Of a DNA stretch of 64,000 nt, positions 1-12,661 are shown in pieces. The notes beneath the pieces were generated by a model. It ran no database searches and was not told the DNA's origin. It saw only the letters and a program-made list of their open reading frames with translations. The position numbers and the translations under genes are program-made. This DNA comes from Piromyces finnis finn (lineage: Eukaryota > Fungi > Neocallimastigomycota). The stretch spans positions 124,001-188,000 of the forward strand of contig MCFH01000039.1 in NCBI GenBank assembly GCA_002104945.1, written 5' to 3'. Within the stretch, counting starts at the first letter, position 1. Every line of letters starts with the position of its first letter.

Positions 1-75
1 ATGATGACGATAATAATTGAAATATAATATATATTTATATATTTATTTATTTTTACTATTGATATATAATAATAG

Positions 76-3000
76 AAATATGTCCTATCATCTTGATGAA
101 TTAAAAAATGAAGCTGTAACAACACATATTCATGGATTAAAAGAAATTAAAAGTTTATTTAATAATCTAAGACGTAATACCGCTCCAAAACATATTTTAC
201 CTTATATTACTAATATCAATGAAATTTACAAATATCAAAAATTAGCAAACAATCAATATAAAAATATTATTCGACAATATCATGATGCAAGAGTAAATGA
301 AATTAAAAAAAAAAGTTTATTATTTTTATAAATGATACTATTAAATCACAGTAATAATTAACATTTACCTTTTTTTAATATTGAAAACAATTAAAAGGAT
401 GTCATGCAAATTTATATTTTATTTTTGACAGATGTTATGGTAAATATCGAATATACTATTAATGACATTAAATTTATATTATATTAATTTACTATTTTTA
501 TTAATTTTCATTAATTTTAAATATAGGGTAGAGAAGATGAAGCTGTAAGTATATACTATGCCATATATATCTATATTACATACAAAAATTTTAATAAAAA
601 ATTTAAATTATTATATATATATACGTATTAGTATAAATTAAATAATATGATGGAGGTAAAGTATCTTTCTAAAATAATATACATCATCAATTACAATAAA
701 CATAATTAATTAAATTTTTAACTATTTATTTTCTTACTTTACTTTTTATTATTAGAATAATAACAAGAATCGTCAACAAGAATTAATGAAAATAAATAAT
801 GCTGAAAATACCGAAAATAAAAATACAGAAACTTTAAAAAGTTCTTTAAAACATAAAACTGCTGCTGCTGATAATAATAATATTAATAATAATATTAATA
901 ATAATAATAATAATGTATCATCATCAATGAATTCTTTAAACTCTCAAACAGAAAATTATACAGGAATGTCAGGAAAATATATAAGAAAAAAAACAGCTTT
1001 AAAGTAATCATCGATATATATATATTTAACCTATGTTTTTTTTTATATATATATATAAATGAATTTTAATTTAATTATATAACAATTATGTAACCTTTTT
1101 TTTTAATTTATATTTTATTATAATAGACATAATATGGTTTCAACATTAACAGCAAAAATTAAGGAATATAAATTAAATATGAATTTTTGCATTATCTTTT
1201 TTATTGTTGTTTTTGCCTTTCAGTAAGTTTTTCGTGCCTTTATCCTTCAAATTATACATATATTTAAATTTATATATAAATTATTAATTTTTATATAATA
1301 GAGTCATCTATGTAATTAGAACATTGACCTACTCAAAGAATGTAGGTCTTGAATTGAATTTAAATATTCATATTCCTGGTACTATAAAGGAAGTTGCATT
1401 TAATACAAGATTGACATCATTAAGTATTATTTCACGAGATTATGCAGAATGGTTTAAACATAACAACAACACTCTTGGTGATATATTTATTTTTGATACT
1501 TTAAGTTGGCATAGTGTTAATGCAAATATGAATAATGTGAAGACAAGTAGTCCTTTAATTATACCAGTTGGGAAATATTCTTATGATTCACTTGAAACTG
1601 TACCTCTTTCTGAAGCCTATAGTAAAATGCTTTCCGACTTAAAATATGTATATAATCGAGGTAAAATAAAATAGAAATTAAATTAAAAGTACAATGAAGA
1701 AGGGAAAATTCTAATTAATTTTTTTAATAAAAAAAAAAAAGATTTTGCAAGTTATGACAATGACACTGCATTAGATCTTTTATTCGACCCACATTTCAGG
1801 TATATATATATATATAATAAGTAATTTAAATATCTTTTTTTTTCTAATGTATCTAATATAAATTTTTATTTCATTCTCTTTATCCCCCATAGATATTTCA
1901 CGGGTAACTATAGTTTTTTTTTATTATTTTAATATTTATAATAAGAATTTATAATTAATATTTACACATTATAAATTTAAATAAAAAAATGTAACTAAAA
2001 GTACCTGTAAATAATTTAATATGCTTTTTCTAATAATTTTTATTTAATATCATAGTGAATTCAAGACGCCATCTTGATTTAGCATTTAATGATAGTAAAA
2101 ATATTTTCGGTGAGAAAATAGTTAATAAGTTTAATACAATGAACTATACTATCATTATTAATAGTACAATGTTAATCATAAATTCATTAATGATTCTTTA
2201 TTTAAGTAAGTTTTAATTATTTAGATTTTTTTAGTAATAATAATAATAATAATAATGATAATAATGATAATAATGATAATAATGATAATAAAATTCAGAA
2301 TGGAATGATAAATAATAAAAATTTTTTAAATAATATATTACAACAGCCTATGGACCATTAAAAAATACAACTAGAAAAACGATTTATAATATAATTAAAA
2401 TGTATCGGTTTTTCTCAAAATGTAATTAACAAAGTATAAATTAATAGTGATAAAAAAAAAGAAAAAAGAAAAAGTAATTAACACATCTAATTCACGAATA
2501 TATATATATACATTCATAATCAATAGCTGATTTTGAAGATATAATTATAAATTATGATGAAAAAATAGACGGTCTTTGTGAAAGTTATGAAATTGATAAA
2601 GAAATTATAAATCAACAAAGTACCCTAAAAATAAAGAAAAGAGACTATGAAAACTTAAAGCTAGGAATATCTTTCGCAATTATCTTCTTCTTTATTATAC
2701 TTGTTGACTATATGGTTTTCGTATGTATAGTATATTTATTAATAAATGGACAAAATATTTTATATGAGTATTATTAACAATATATGACAATATCATTTTT
2801 TTCAACTAAATCTATAAGGATATTTCAACAAAAGTTAAAGATTTAGTTACTATTGCAGAAAAATCTGTTAGTATTATATAAATTTATATATTATTTTTTA
2901 GCATTAAATAAAAATCAATAATCGTACTAAATAATAATTTTCAACATTTAGGCTGATAGATATACATTATTAAAAGGAATACAGTTATTTACCTATGAAT

Positions 3001-4167
3001 CTGTCATTCAAGATAGATCTTTATTTTTAGAGGGTGAGCCTGAACGTATATTAAGTGATAATATTAAAAAATTAGAGGTAAATGTTGTTGCTGTTGGTGG
3101 TGTTATTGTTGTTGTTGTTGTTGTTTTAAATAAAATAATAGTCACAAAAAAAAATAAGTTGCATTAAATTAAAAATTAATAAAATTTTTATTATTCCATT
3201 AACAAATATAAAAGAAATTACAAGAAGAATTAAAAACAGGATCATATGGTGGTCCAACTTTCGATAACTACCCAGCATTAGATAATATTTTAAAGGATAA
3301 TGGATGTCATCGTATGTATTACGATCCATCATGCATGTTTATGCAGTATCAATATGATAGTAGTTATGGTAAAACAAAAAAAAAATACATTTCTTTTTTA
3401 TAATTTCTTATATTTATTTATTTCTATTACTATTTCTATTAAAATTATATAAATATAAAAATTATTAATTATATATATTTATATTTATAATAATTTATAA
3501 CAATATAATTATTTACTATTTACTATTTTCATTAACTTTTTAAATATCTTTAAAAAAAAAAAAGGTTTCACGGAAGAAATTGCAACATTACCTATGAATG
3601 AATTAATTTCGGAATATCTTGTTAATGTTAAAAGTTTCATTGAAAATTTAAAAGAAGATAAATACATTAAATTGCCATTTTCAAATGCAGAAAATATTAA
3701 AATTATGTTTGAACAAATGAAAAACGATAATTTCTTCAGACTTCAAGAAAAATTAGTTAATAATTTAATTGGAGATATTCAAGTTATAGATGATTATTTA
3801 ATTTCAAGTTCACTTTTATTATTGGATTCTAATAAAAATACATTAATTTATGTGGTTAGTATTGGATGTGGTATTCTTATAATAATCGATATTTTCGTAT
3901 TTAATAAAGTATACCAAACAAAGATAAAGAATTTGGATGCTTTTATTTCATTTGTATTCCTTATGCCACAATCTTTAGTTAACAAGATAGACAGATTTAA
4001 AAAGTAATATAAATATTAATATTAATTTATAAATATAATTAAAAGGAATAAAAAAAAAATTTTTTTTTTTTGAATTATTAATTTTATATATATTACATAT
4101 ATACATATTTTTTTTTCAATTCCATAGGTTCCTTGAAACTTCCCAATTTGAAGGCTATATCAATTAA
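76..4167 (+). CDS. 3' part of a large multi-exon, multi-pass membrane protein, TmcB/TmcC-like; start lies upstream of the window
   Basis: Many in-frame exons with GT-AG boundaries (within ORFs 17-331, 786-1007, 1324-1674, 3594-4007) and several TM segments. The last TM is followed by KIKNLDAFISFVFLMPQSLVNK, and a final exon 4128-4167 (FLETSQFEGYIN*). Family assignment is from recalled C-terminal architecture; internal exon boundaries are only partly resolved. Confidence 0.5.
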
Positions 4168-4639
4168 AAAAAGCATATTCTACTACGTTGATATATTTTT
4201 TATTTAAAAAAAATTTTGTTTTTTATTTTTTAATTTCAATTCATTTTACTCTTTAAAATATTAAACCATTATAATTCTTCAAGTATTTATATTTCTTATT
4301 TTTTTTTCATTCTTTAATAATTGTTTTTTGTACCTTTTAAAAATAAGTAGTAAATATAGAATATTATATAAATTAAACAACATATGAAAACGACGAACTT
4401 TCAATGTATATATAATAATAATAAAACACAGCATTTTAAAAAATCATGGTAAAAGCAATAGAAAAAAAAATAAAAGACAACTCCTCTTTTTTTTTTTTAA
4501 TAAAATATAAAATTAAAATATTTTTCTTGAAATACACTACACTATAGCTATAACTGTAATCCTTTTTATAAAGGAAAATTGATAATTGTTACTGTTGTTA
4601 TTGTTGGTTTTGTGGTATTCAAAATTAACTATATACTCT

Positions 4640-4908
<269 letters not shown>

Positions 4909-5255
4909 TTAATTTAAAGAAAATCTATTTTAATATAACGTGTGACAATATTGTGTAATCTTAATATAATATATTCAAACTTAATTAGATTTTTAAATTA
5001 ATTAATATAAATCACAATTCAATATTTTAATATATGATAAAACTTTCAATTAATATTAATTTTTATATAAATATCAAAAAAAACCCTTTTAAGAAAGTCA
5101 AAAAACAAAAGAAAGTAACAAAAGCAAATTAACAGCAATAAAATACTTTGATACTATTAAATAGTTGTTTTAATAGTATTAACAAAATAATATAAAATAA
5201 TATAAAATAACATAAAATAATAAAAAACTAATACAAAATTAAAAATATAAATAAA

Positions 5256-5836
5256 ATGAAATCATTCAATTTAATCACTTTATCTGCTTTATTTCTTTTA
5301 ATTCTTGGCAAAAGCCAAGCAATTACCTGTGAAGAAGTAAAATCCATTTTAAATACTGAATATGAAAAAGATTGCTGTGAATTACCACAAGTTCAATGTA
5401 ACCAAACTAATAATGAAGTATTATCAATGTATGTATTAAATAATATATTTATTAAATAAAAAAAAGTCAAAATAAAGATTAAAATAAAAAAATGAATATT
5501 ATATAAATATAAATTTTATTAATTATAAATAATAATAAACTAAGACATTTCAAATAAATCTTCATATAAAGTAATGGAGTAGGTATAGTCAAATTTGATA
5601 ATCATTTAGAACGTAGAAAAGGTGGTGGTGGTCATGGTGGTGGTCACTCTAGCAGTCACTCTAGCAGTCATTCATTTTCATCAGGTGGTCATTCATTTTC
5701 ATCAGGTGGTCATAGATCCGGTTCTAGTGGTAATGCTTTTAGTTCTTCACCTTCCACATATATGCAAAGTCAAAAAAGTAGTATTATTTATCCTATTGTC
5801 TTATGCATTATCGCTTTTCTTTTTGGAAAGTTTTAA
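5256..5836 (+). CDS. Small secreted protein copy 1 (145 aa): signal peptide, 4-Cys domain, ERRK, Gly/His/Ser-rich region, hydrophobic C-terminus
   Basis: Exons 5256-5428 and 5572-5836; 143-nt GTATGT..AAG intron. Spliced frame is open: MKSFNLITLSALFLLILGKSQA-ITC..DCC..QC..-NHLERRKGGGGHGGGHSSSH..IIYPIVLCIIAFLFGKF*. The track ORF 5622-5840 is the wrong frame. Confidence 0.85.
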
Positions 5837-7500
5837 ATAAAATAATATATTTATATTTTATTTTACATATTAGAATTTTACATATTAGAATTTAGAATAA
5901 TAAAAAAAAAAAAAATAAGCATAAAATTTAATAATCTAATAAATAATAAAGATTTTTTATTAATAATAAATGTTTTCTTTATCATTCTAATAAGTAACAA
6001 TGTATAAATTCAATTTCAAAATAACAAAATGCCTAAATATTATATTATATATTTCAAATTTAAATTTTGTATATATGTATATACAATAAGAATTTTAAAA
6101 AAAAAAAAAAAAAAAAATTAAAGAAATACTTATGAAATAAATAAAAAATAATATTTTTAACTATTTAAATATTATCATTGTTTTAATAATATTTTTAAGA
6201 TTTTACCTTTTAAAAAACTATTTTTTTTCGAAATAGTGTTGATAAAAATATATATAAAAAAAAAAAAAAAACTACTCGAATTATCAATAAATTTGTGTTT
6301 TGTATAACAATTTGTTATATGATGTATATTGTGATATATGCGATATAAGTAGTTTATGAGTTTTTTCATGATACCTTTATTGATATAAAATAAAACTAGG
6401 TCATTATCATTATGAAAAAAATAATAATAATAATTTTTTTTTTTACAATGCGTATTAAATATAAAATCTTTTTTTTTTTTTATTTAATTTTATATTATAA
6501 TAATCAGATGAACAATCAAAGTTTTTTTTTTTTTTTTTTTCAAGACTCGTCAAGATATTTCGATACCAATTATTATTTATAATTTATAACAGATGAAGAA
6601 AAAATAGTAGATTCTTCATATATGGTATTGTAATGATCAACATTAACATCTGCATTTTATATAAAAGCATTATTAAAACATTTATTTGAAAAACACGGTT
6701 TTCACAATAGTTCCTTAAAAGGTTGAATATATCTGGCTCTAGTTGTTTTATAATATATTTATGAAAGTAACCATTTTTTATCTAGAAATTCAATAAATAT
6801 TTTACCATTATATCATCTTAAACTAATGTATTCATCATCTGTACCAAGTGGCTACCGATGGTAGCTCATAACCTACAGTATACTGATATTCATGACATTA
6901 GATTATTAAAAAAAGATAAATAATCCGTTATTATGTTTTTTTTTCACTTATTAATATACCATATAGCAAAAACAAAATTTTAATATATATCCATAAATAG
7001 TTATATAATTCATCGTTTAGTTCTTTTTAAAAAAAGAGGTTGTGTGGAGTAATTGTTAAAGTTGTAACTGCCTTTTACTATTAGAATTGTATGAATGTAT
7101 CAATATTTACTACATTTAAATATGTTTTATATTAATTTATTAGAAATTCTAATTTATATTAAAATTCCAAAAGTTTTTTATTTAAAATATCAATTATGTT
7201 ACACAATATTGTCATACATTTATATTAATATAAAACATATTTAAATATATCAAAGTATATTGTAATATATGTTTGATTTTTATTAATCTGTTTTCATATA
7301 AATTAAAAAAAAATATTTTTTTTTAGATCAAAAAAAAAAATACAAAAAAACAAAAGAAAGTAACAAAAGCAAATTAACAGTAATAAAATACTTTGATACT
7401 ATTAAATAGTTGTTTTAATAGTATTAACAAAATAATATAAAATAATATAAAATAACATAAAATAATAAAAAACTAATACAAAATTAAAAATATAAATAAA

Positions 7501-8081
7501 ATGAAATCATTCAATTTAATCACTTTATCTGCTTTATTTCTTTTAATTCTTGGCAAAAGCCAAGCAATTACCTGTGAAGAAGTAAAATCCATTTTAAATA
7601 CTGAATATGAAAAAGATTGCTGTGAATTACCACAAGTTCAATGTAACCAAACTAATAATGAAGTATTATCAATGTATGTATTATTTTAAATTAAACAAAA
7701 TGTTTAAAATTAAGATTTAAATCTTTAAGATTAAAATATAATAAACATAAAGTTTAATATAATTATATTATTAATAAAATTTATACATAACATTTCAAAT
7801 AAAACTTTATATAAAGCAATGGAGTAGGTGTAGTTAAATTTGATAATCATTTAGAACGTAGAAAAGGTGGTGGTGGTCATGGTGGTGGTCACTCTAGCAG
7901 TCACTCTAGCAGTCATTCATTTTCATCAGGTGGTCATTCATTTTCATCAGGTGGTCATAGATCCGGTTTTAGTGGTAATGCTTATAGTTCTTCACCTTCC
8001 ACATATATGCAAAGTCAAAAAAGTAATATTATTTATCCTATTGTCTTATGCATTATCGCTTTTCTTTTTGGAAAGTTTTAA
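7501..8081 (+). CDS. Small secreted protein copy 2 (145 aa, His-type tail, intron type B)
   Basis: Exons 7501-7673 and 7817-8081; spliced frame is open. Confidence 0.85.
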
Positions 8082-9752
8082 ATAAAATAATATATTTATA
8101 TTTTATTTTACATATTAGAATTTTACATATTAGAATTTAGAATAATAAAAAAAAAAAAAAAATAAGCATAAAATTTAATAATCTAATAAATAATAAAGAT
8201 TTTTTATTAATAATAAATGTTTTCTTTATCATTCTAATAAGTAACAATGTATAAATTCAATTTCAAAATAACAAAATGCCTAAATATTATATTATATATT
8301 TCAAATTTAAATTTTGTATATATGTATATACAATAAGAATTTTAAAAAAAAAAAAAAAAAAAAAAAATTAAAGAAATACTTATGAAATAAATAAAAAATA
8401 ATATTTTTAACTATTTAAATATTATCATTGTTTTAATAATATTTTTAAGATTTTACCTTTTAAAAAACTATTTTTTTTCGAAATAGTGTTGATAAAAATA
8501 TATAAAAAAAAAAAAAAAAACTACTCGAATTATCAATAAATTTGTGTTTTGTATAACAATTTGTTATATGATGTATATTGTGATATATGCGATATAAGTA
8601 GTTTATGAGTTTTTTCATGATACCTTTATTGATATAAAATAAAACTAGGTCATTATCATTATGAAAAAAATAATAATAATAATTTTTTTTTTACAATGCG
8701 TATTAAATATAAAATCTTTTTTTTTTTTTTATTTAATTTTATATTATAATAATCAGATGAACAATCAAAGTTTTTTTTTTTTTTTTTTCAAGACTCGTCA
8801 AGATATTTCGATACCAATTATTATTTATAATTTATAACAGATGAAGAAAAAATAGTAGATTCTTCATATATGGTATTGTAATGATCAACATTAACAACTG
8901 CATTTTATATAAAAGCATTATTAAAACATTTATTTGAAAAACACGGTTTTCACAATAGTTCCTTAAAAGGTTGAATATATCTGGCTCTAGTTGTTTTATA
9001 ATATATTTATGAAAGTAACCATTTTTTATCTAGAAATTCAATAAATATTTTACCATTATATCGTCTTAAACTCATGTATTCATCATCTGTACCAAGTGGC
9101 TACCGATGGTAGCTCATAACCTACAGTATACTGATATTCATGACATTAGATTATTAAAAAAAGATAAATAATCCGTTATTATGTTTTTTTTTCACTTATT
9201 AATATACCATATAGCAAAAACAAAATTTTAATATATATCCATAAATAGTTATATAATTCATCGTTTAGTTCTTTTTAAAAAAAGAGGTTGTGTGGAGTAA
9301 TTGTTAAAGTTGTAACTGCCTTTTACTATTAGAATTGTATGAATGTATCAATATTTACTACATTTAAATATGTTTTATATTAATTTATTAGAAATTCTAA
9401 TTTATATTAAAATTCCAAAAGTTTTTTATTTAAAATATCAATTATGTTACACAATATTGTCATACATTTATATTAATATAAAACATATTTAAATATATCA
9501 AAGTATATTGTAATATATGTTTGATTTTTATTAATCTGTTTTCATATAAATTAAAAAAAAAATATTTTTTTTTAGATCAAAAAAAAAAAAAGTACAAAAA
9601 AACAAAAGAAAGTAACAAAAGCAAATTAACAGTAATAAAATACTTTGATACTATTAAATAGTTGTTTTAATAGTATTAACAAAATAATATAAAATAATAT
9701 AAAATAACATAAAATAATAAAAAACTAATACAAAATTAAAAATATAAATAAA

Positions 9753-10333
9753 ATGAAATCATTCAATTTAATCACTTTATCTGCTTTATTTCTTTTAATT
9801 CTTGGCAAAAGCCAAGCAATTACCTGTGAAGAAGTAAAATCCATTTTAAATACTGAATATGAAAAAGATTGCTGTGAATTACCACAAGTTCAATGTAACC
9901 AAACTAATAATGAAGTATTATCAATGTATGTATTAAATAATATATTTATTAAATAAAAAAAAGTCAAAATAAAGATTAAAATAAAAAAATGAATATTATA
10001 TAAATATAAATTTTATTAATTATAAATAATAATAAACTAAAACATTTCAAATAAATCTTCATATAAAGTAATGGAGTAGGTATAGTCAAATTTGATAATC
10101 ATTTAGAACGTAGAAAAGGTGGTGGTGGTCATGGTGGTGGTCACTCTAGCAGTCACTCTAGCAGTCATTCATTTTCATCAGGTGGTCATTCATTTTCATC
10201 AGGTGGTCATAGATCCGGTTTTAGTGGTAATGCTTATAGTTCTTCACCTTCCACATATATGCAAAGTCAAAAAAGTAATATTATTTATCCTATTGTCTTA
10301 TGCATTATCGCTTTTCTTTTTGGAAAGTTTTAA
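9753..10333 (+). CDS. Small secreted protein copy 3 (145 aa, His-type tail, intron type A)
   Basis: Exons 9753-9925 and 10069-10333; spliced frame is open. Confidence 0.85.
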
Positions 10334-12002
10334 ATAAAATAATATATTTATATTTTATTTTACATATTAGAATTTTACATATTAGAATTTAGAATAATAA
10401 AAAAAAAAAAAAAATAAGCATAAAATTTAATAATCTAATAAATAATAAAGATTTTTTATTAATAATAAATGTTTTCTTTATCATTCTAATAAGTAACAAT
10501 GTATAAATTCAATTTCAAAATAACAAAATGCCTAAATATTATATTATATATTTCAAATTTAAATTTTGTATATATGTATATACAATAAGAATTTTAAAAA
10601 AAAAAAAAAAAAAAAAAAAATTAAAGAAATACTTATGAAATAAATAAAAAATAATATTTTTAACTATTTAAATATTATCATTGTTTTAATAATATTTTTA
10701 AGATTTTACCTTTTAAAAAACTATTTTTTTTCGAAATAGTGTTGATAAAAATATATAAAAAAAAAAAAAAAAACTACTCGAATTATCAATAAATTTGTGT
10801 TTTGTATAACAATTTGTTATATGATGTATATTGTGATATATGCGATATAAGTAGTTTATGAGTTTTTTCATGATACCTTTATTGATATAAAATAAAACTA
10901 GGTCATTATCATTATGAAAAAAATAATAATAATAATTTTTTTTTTACAATGCGTATTAAATATAAAATCTTTTTTTTTTTTTTATTTAATTTTATATTAT
11001 AATAATCAGATGAACAATCAAAGTTTTTTTTTTTTTTTTTTCAAGACTCGTCAAGATATTTCGATACCAATTATTATTTATAATTTATAACAGATGAAGA
11101 AAAAATAGTAGATTCTTCATATATGGTATTGTAATGATCAACATTAACAACTGCATTTTATATAAAAGCATTATTAAAACATTTATTTGAAAAACACGGT
11201 TTTCACAATAGTTCCTTAAAAGGTTGAATATATCTGGCTCTAGTTGTTTTATAATATATTTATGAAAGTAACCATTTTTTATCTAGAAATTCAATAAATA
11301 TTTTACCATTATATCGTCTTAAACTCATGTATTCATCATCTGTACCAAGTGGCTACCGATGGTAGCTCATAACCTACAGTATACTGATATTCATGACATT
11401 AGATTATTAAAAAAAGATAAATAATCCGTTATTATGTTTTTTTTTCACTTATTAATATACCATATAGCAAAAACAAAATTTTAATATATATCCATAAATA
11501 GTTATATAATTCATCGTTTAGTTCTTTTTAAAAAAAGAGGTTGTGTGGAGTAATTGTTAAAGTTGTAACTGCCTTTTACTATTAGAATTGTATGAATGTA
11601 TCAATATTTACTACATTTAAATATGTTTTATATTAATTTATTAGAAATTCTAATTTATATTAAAATTCCAAAAGTTTTTTATTTAAAATATCAATTATGT
11701 TACACAATATTGTCATACATTTATATTAATATAAAACATATTTAAATATATCAAAGTATATTGTAATATATGTTTGATTTTTATTAATCTGTTTTCATAT
11801 AAATTAAAAAAATATTTTTTTTTAGATCAAAAAAAAAAAAAGTACAAAAAAACAAAAGAAAGTAACAAAAGCAAATTAACAGTAATAAAATACTTTGATA
11901 CTATTAAATAGTTGTTTTAATAGTATTAACAAAATAATATAAAATAATATAAAATAACATAAAATAATAAAAAACTAATACAAAATTAAAAATATAAATA
12001 AA

Positions 12003-12661
12003 ATGAAATCATTCAATTTAATCACTTTATCTGCTTTATTTCTTTTAATTCTTGGCAAAAGCCAAGCAATTACCTGTGAAGAAGTAAAATCCATTTTAAA
12101 TACTGAATATGAAAAAGATTGCTGTGAATTACCACAAGTTCAATGTAACCAAACTAATAATGAAGTATTATCAATGTATGTATTATTTTAAATTAAACAA
12201 AATGTTTAAAATTAAGATTTAAATCTTTAAGATTAAAATATAATAAACATAAAGTTTAATATAATTATATTATTAATAAAATTTATACATAACATTTCAA
12301 ATAAAACTTTATATAAAGCAATGGAGTAGGTGTAGTTAAATTTGATAATCATTTAGAACGTAGAAAAGGTGGTGGTGGCCGCGGTGGCGGTCGCTCAAGT
12401 AGCAGCTCAAAAGGTAGCTCAAAAGGTAGCTCAAGCAATAAATCCAGTGGTTCAAGTTTTAGTGGAGGATATAACAAAGGATATAGTACAGGATATGGTA
12501 TAGGATATAGTTCATCTAGCAATAAATATAGAAATGGTTATCATAGTGATAATTCTACTAGTTCATCACCTACTACTACATACATGAAATATAATCAAAA
12601 AAATAGTATTATTTATCCAATTGTTATATGTATTATTGCTATTCTTTTTGGAAGGCTTTAA
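12003..12661 (+). CDS. Small secreted protein copy 4 (171 aa, divergent Gly/Ser/Arg/Lys/Tyr tail, intron type B)
   Basis: Exons 12003-12175 and 12319-12661; ..ERRKGGGGRGGGRSSSSSKGSSKG..GGYNKGYSTGYGIGYS..IIYPIVICIIAILFGRL*. Confidence 0.85.

Noticed and set aside
5622-5840. Track ORFs MVVVMVVVTL.. (also 7867 and 10119)
   Set aside because: Alternative frame of the true Gly/His-rich exon 2; GTG start, not spliceable to exon 1.
6855-6875. Perfect hairpin GCTACC-GAT-GGTAGC and a minus-strand ATGATGA in the array spacers, as a possible snoRNA
   Set aside because: No matching D box or terminal stem; the copies are not independent evidence.
7070-7080. GCCTTTTACTA in each array spacer, matching U5 snRNA loop I
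   Set aside because: Flanks do not form the closing stem, and there is no Sm site or U5 architecture.
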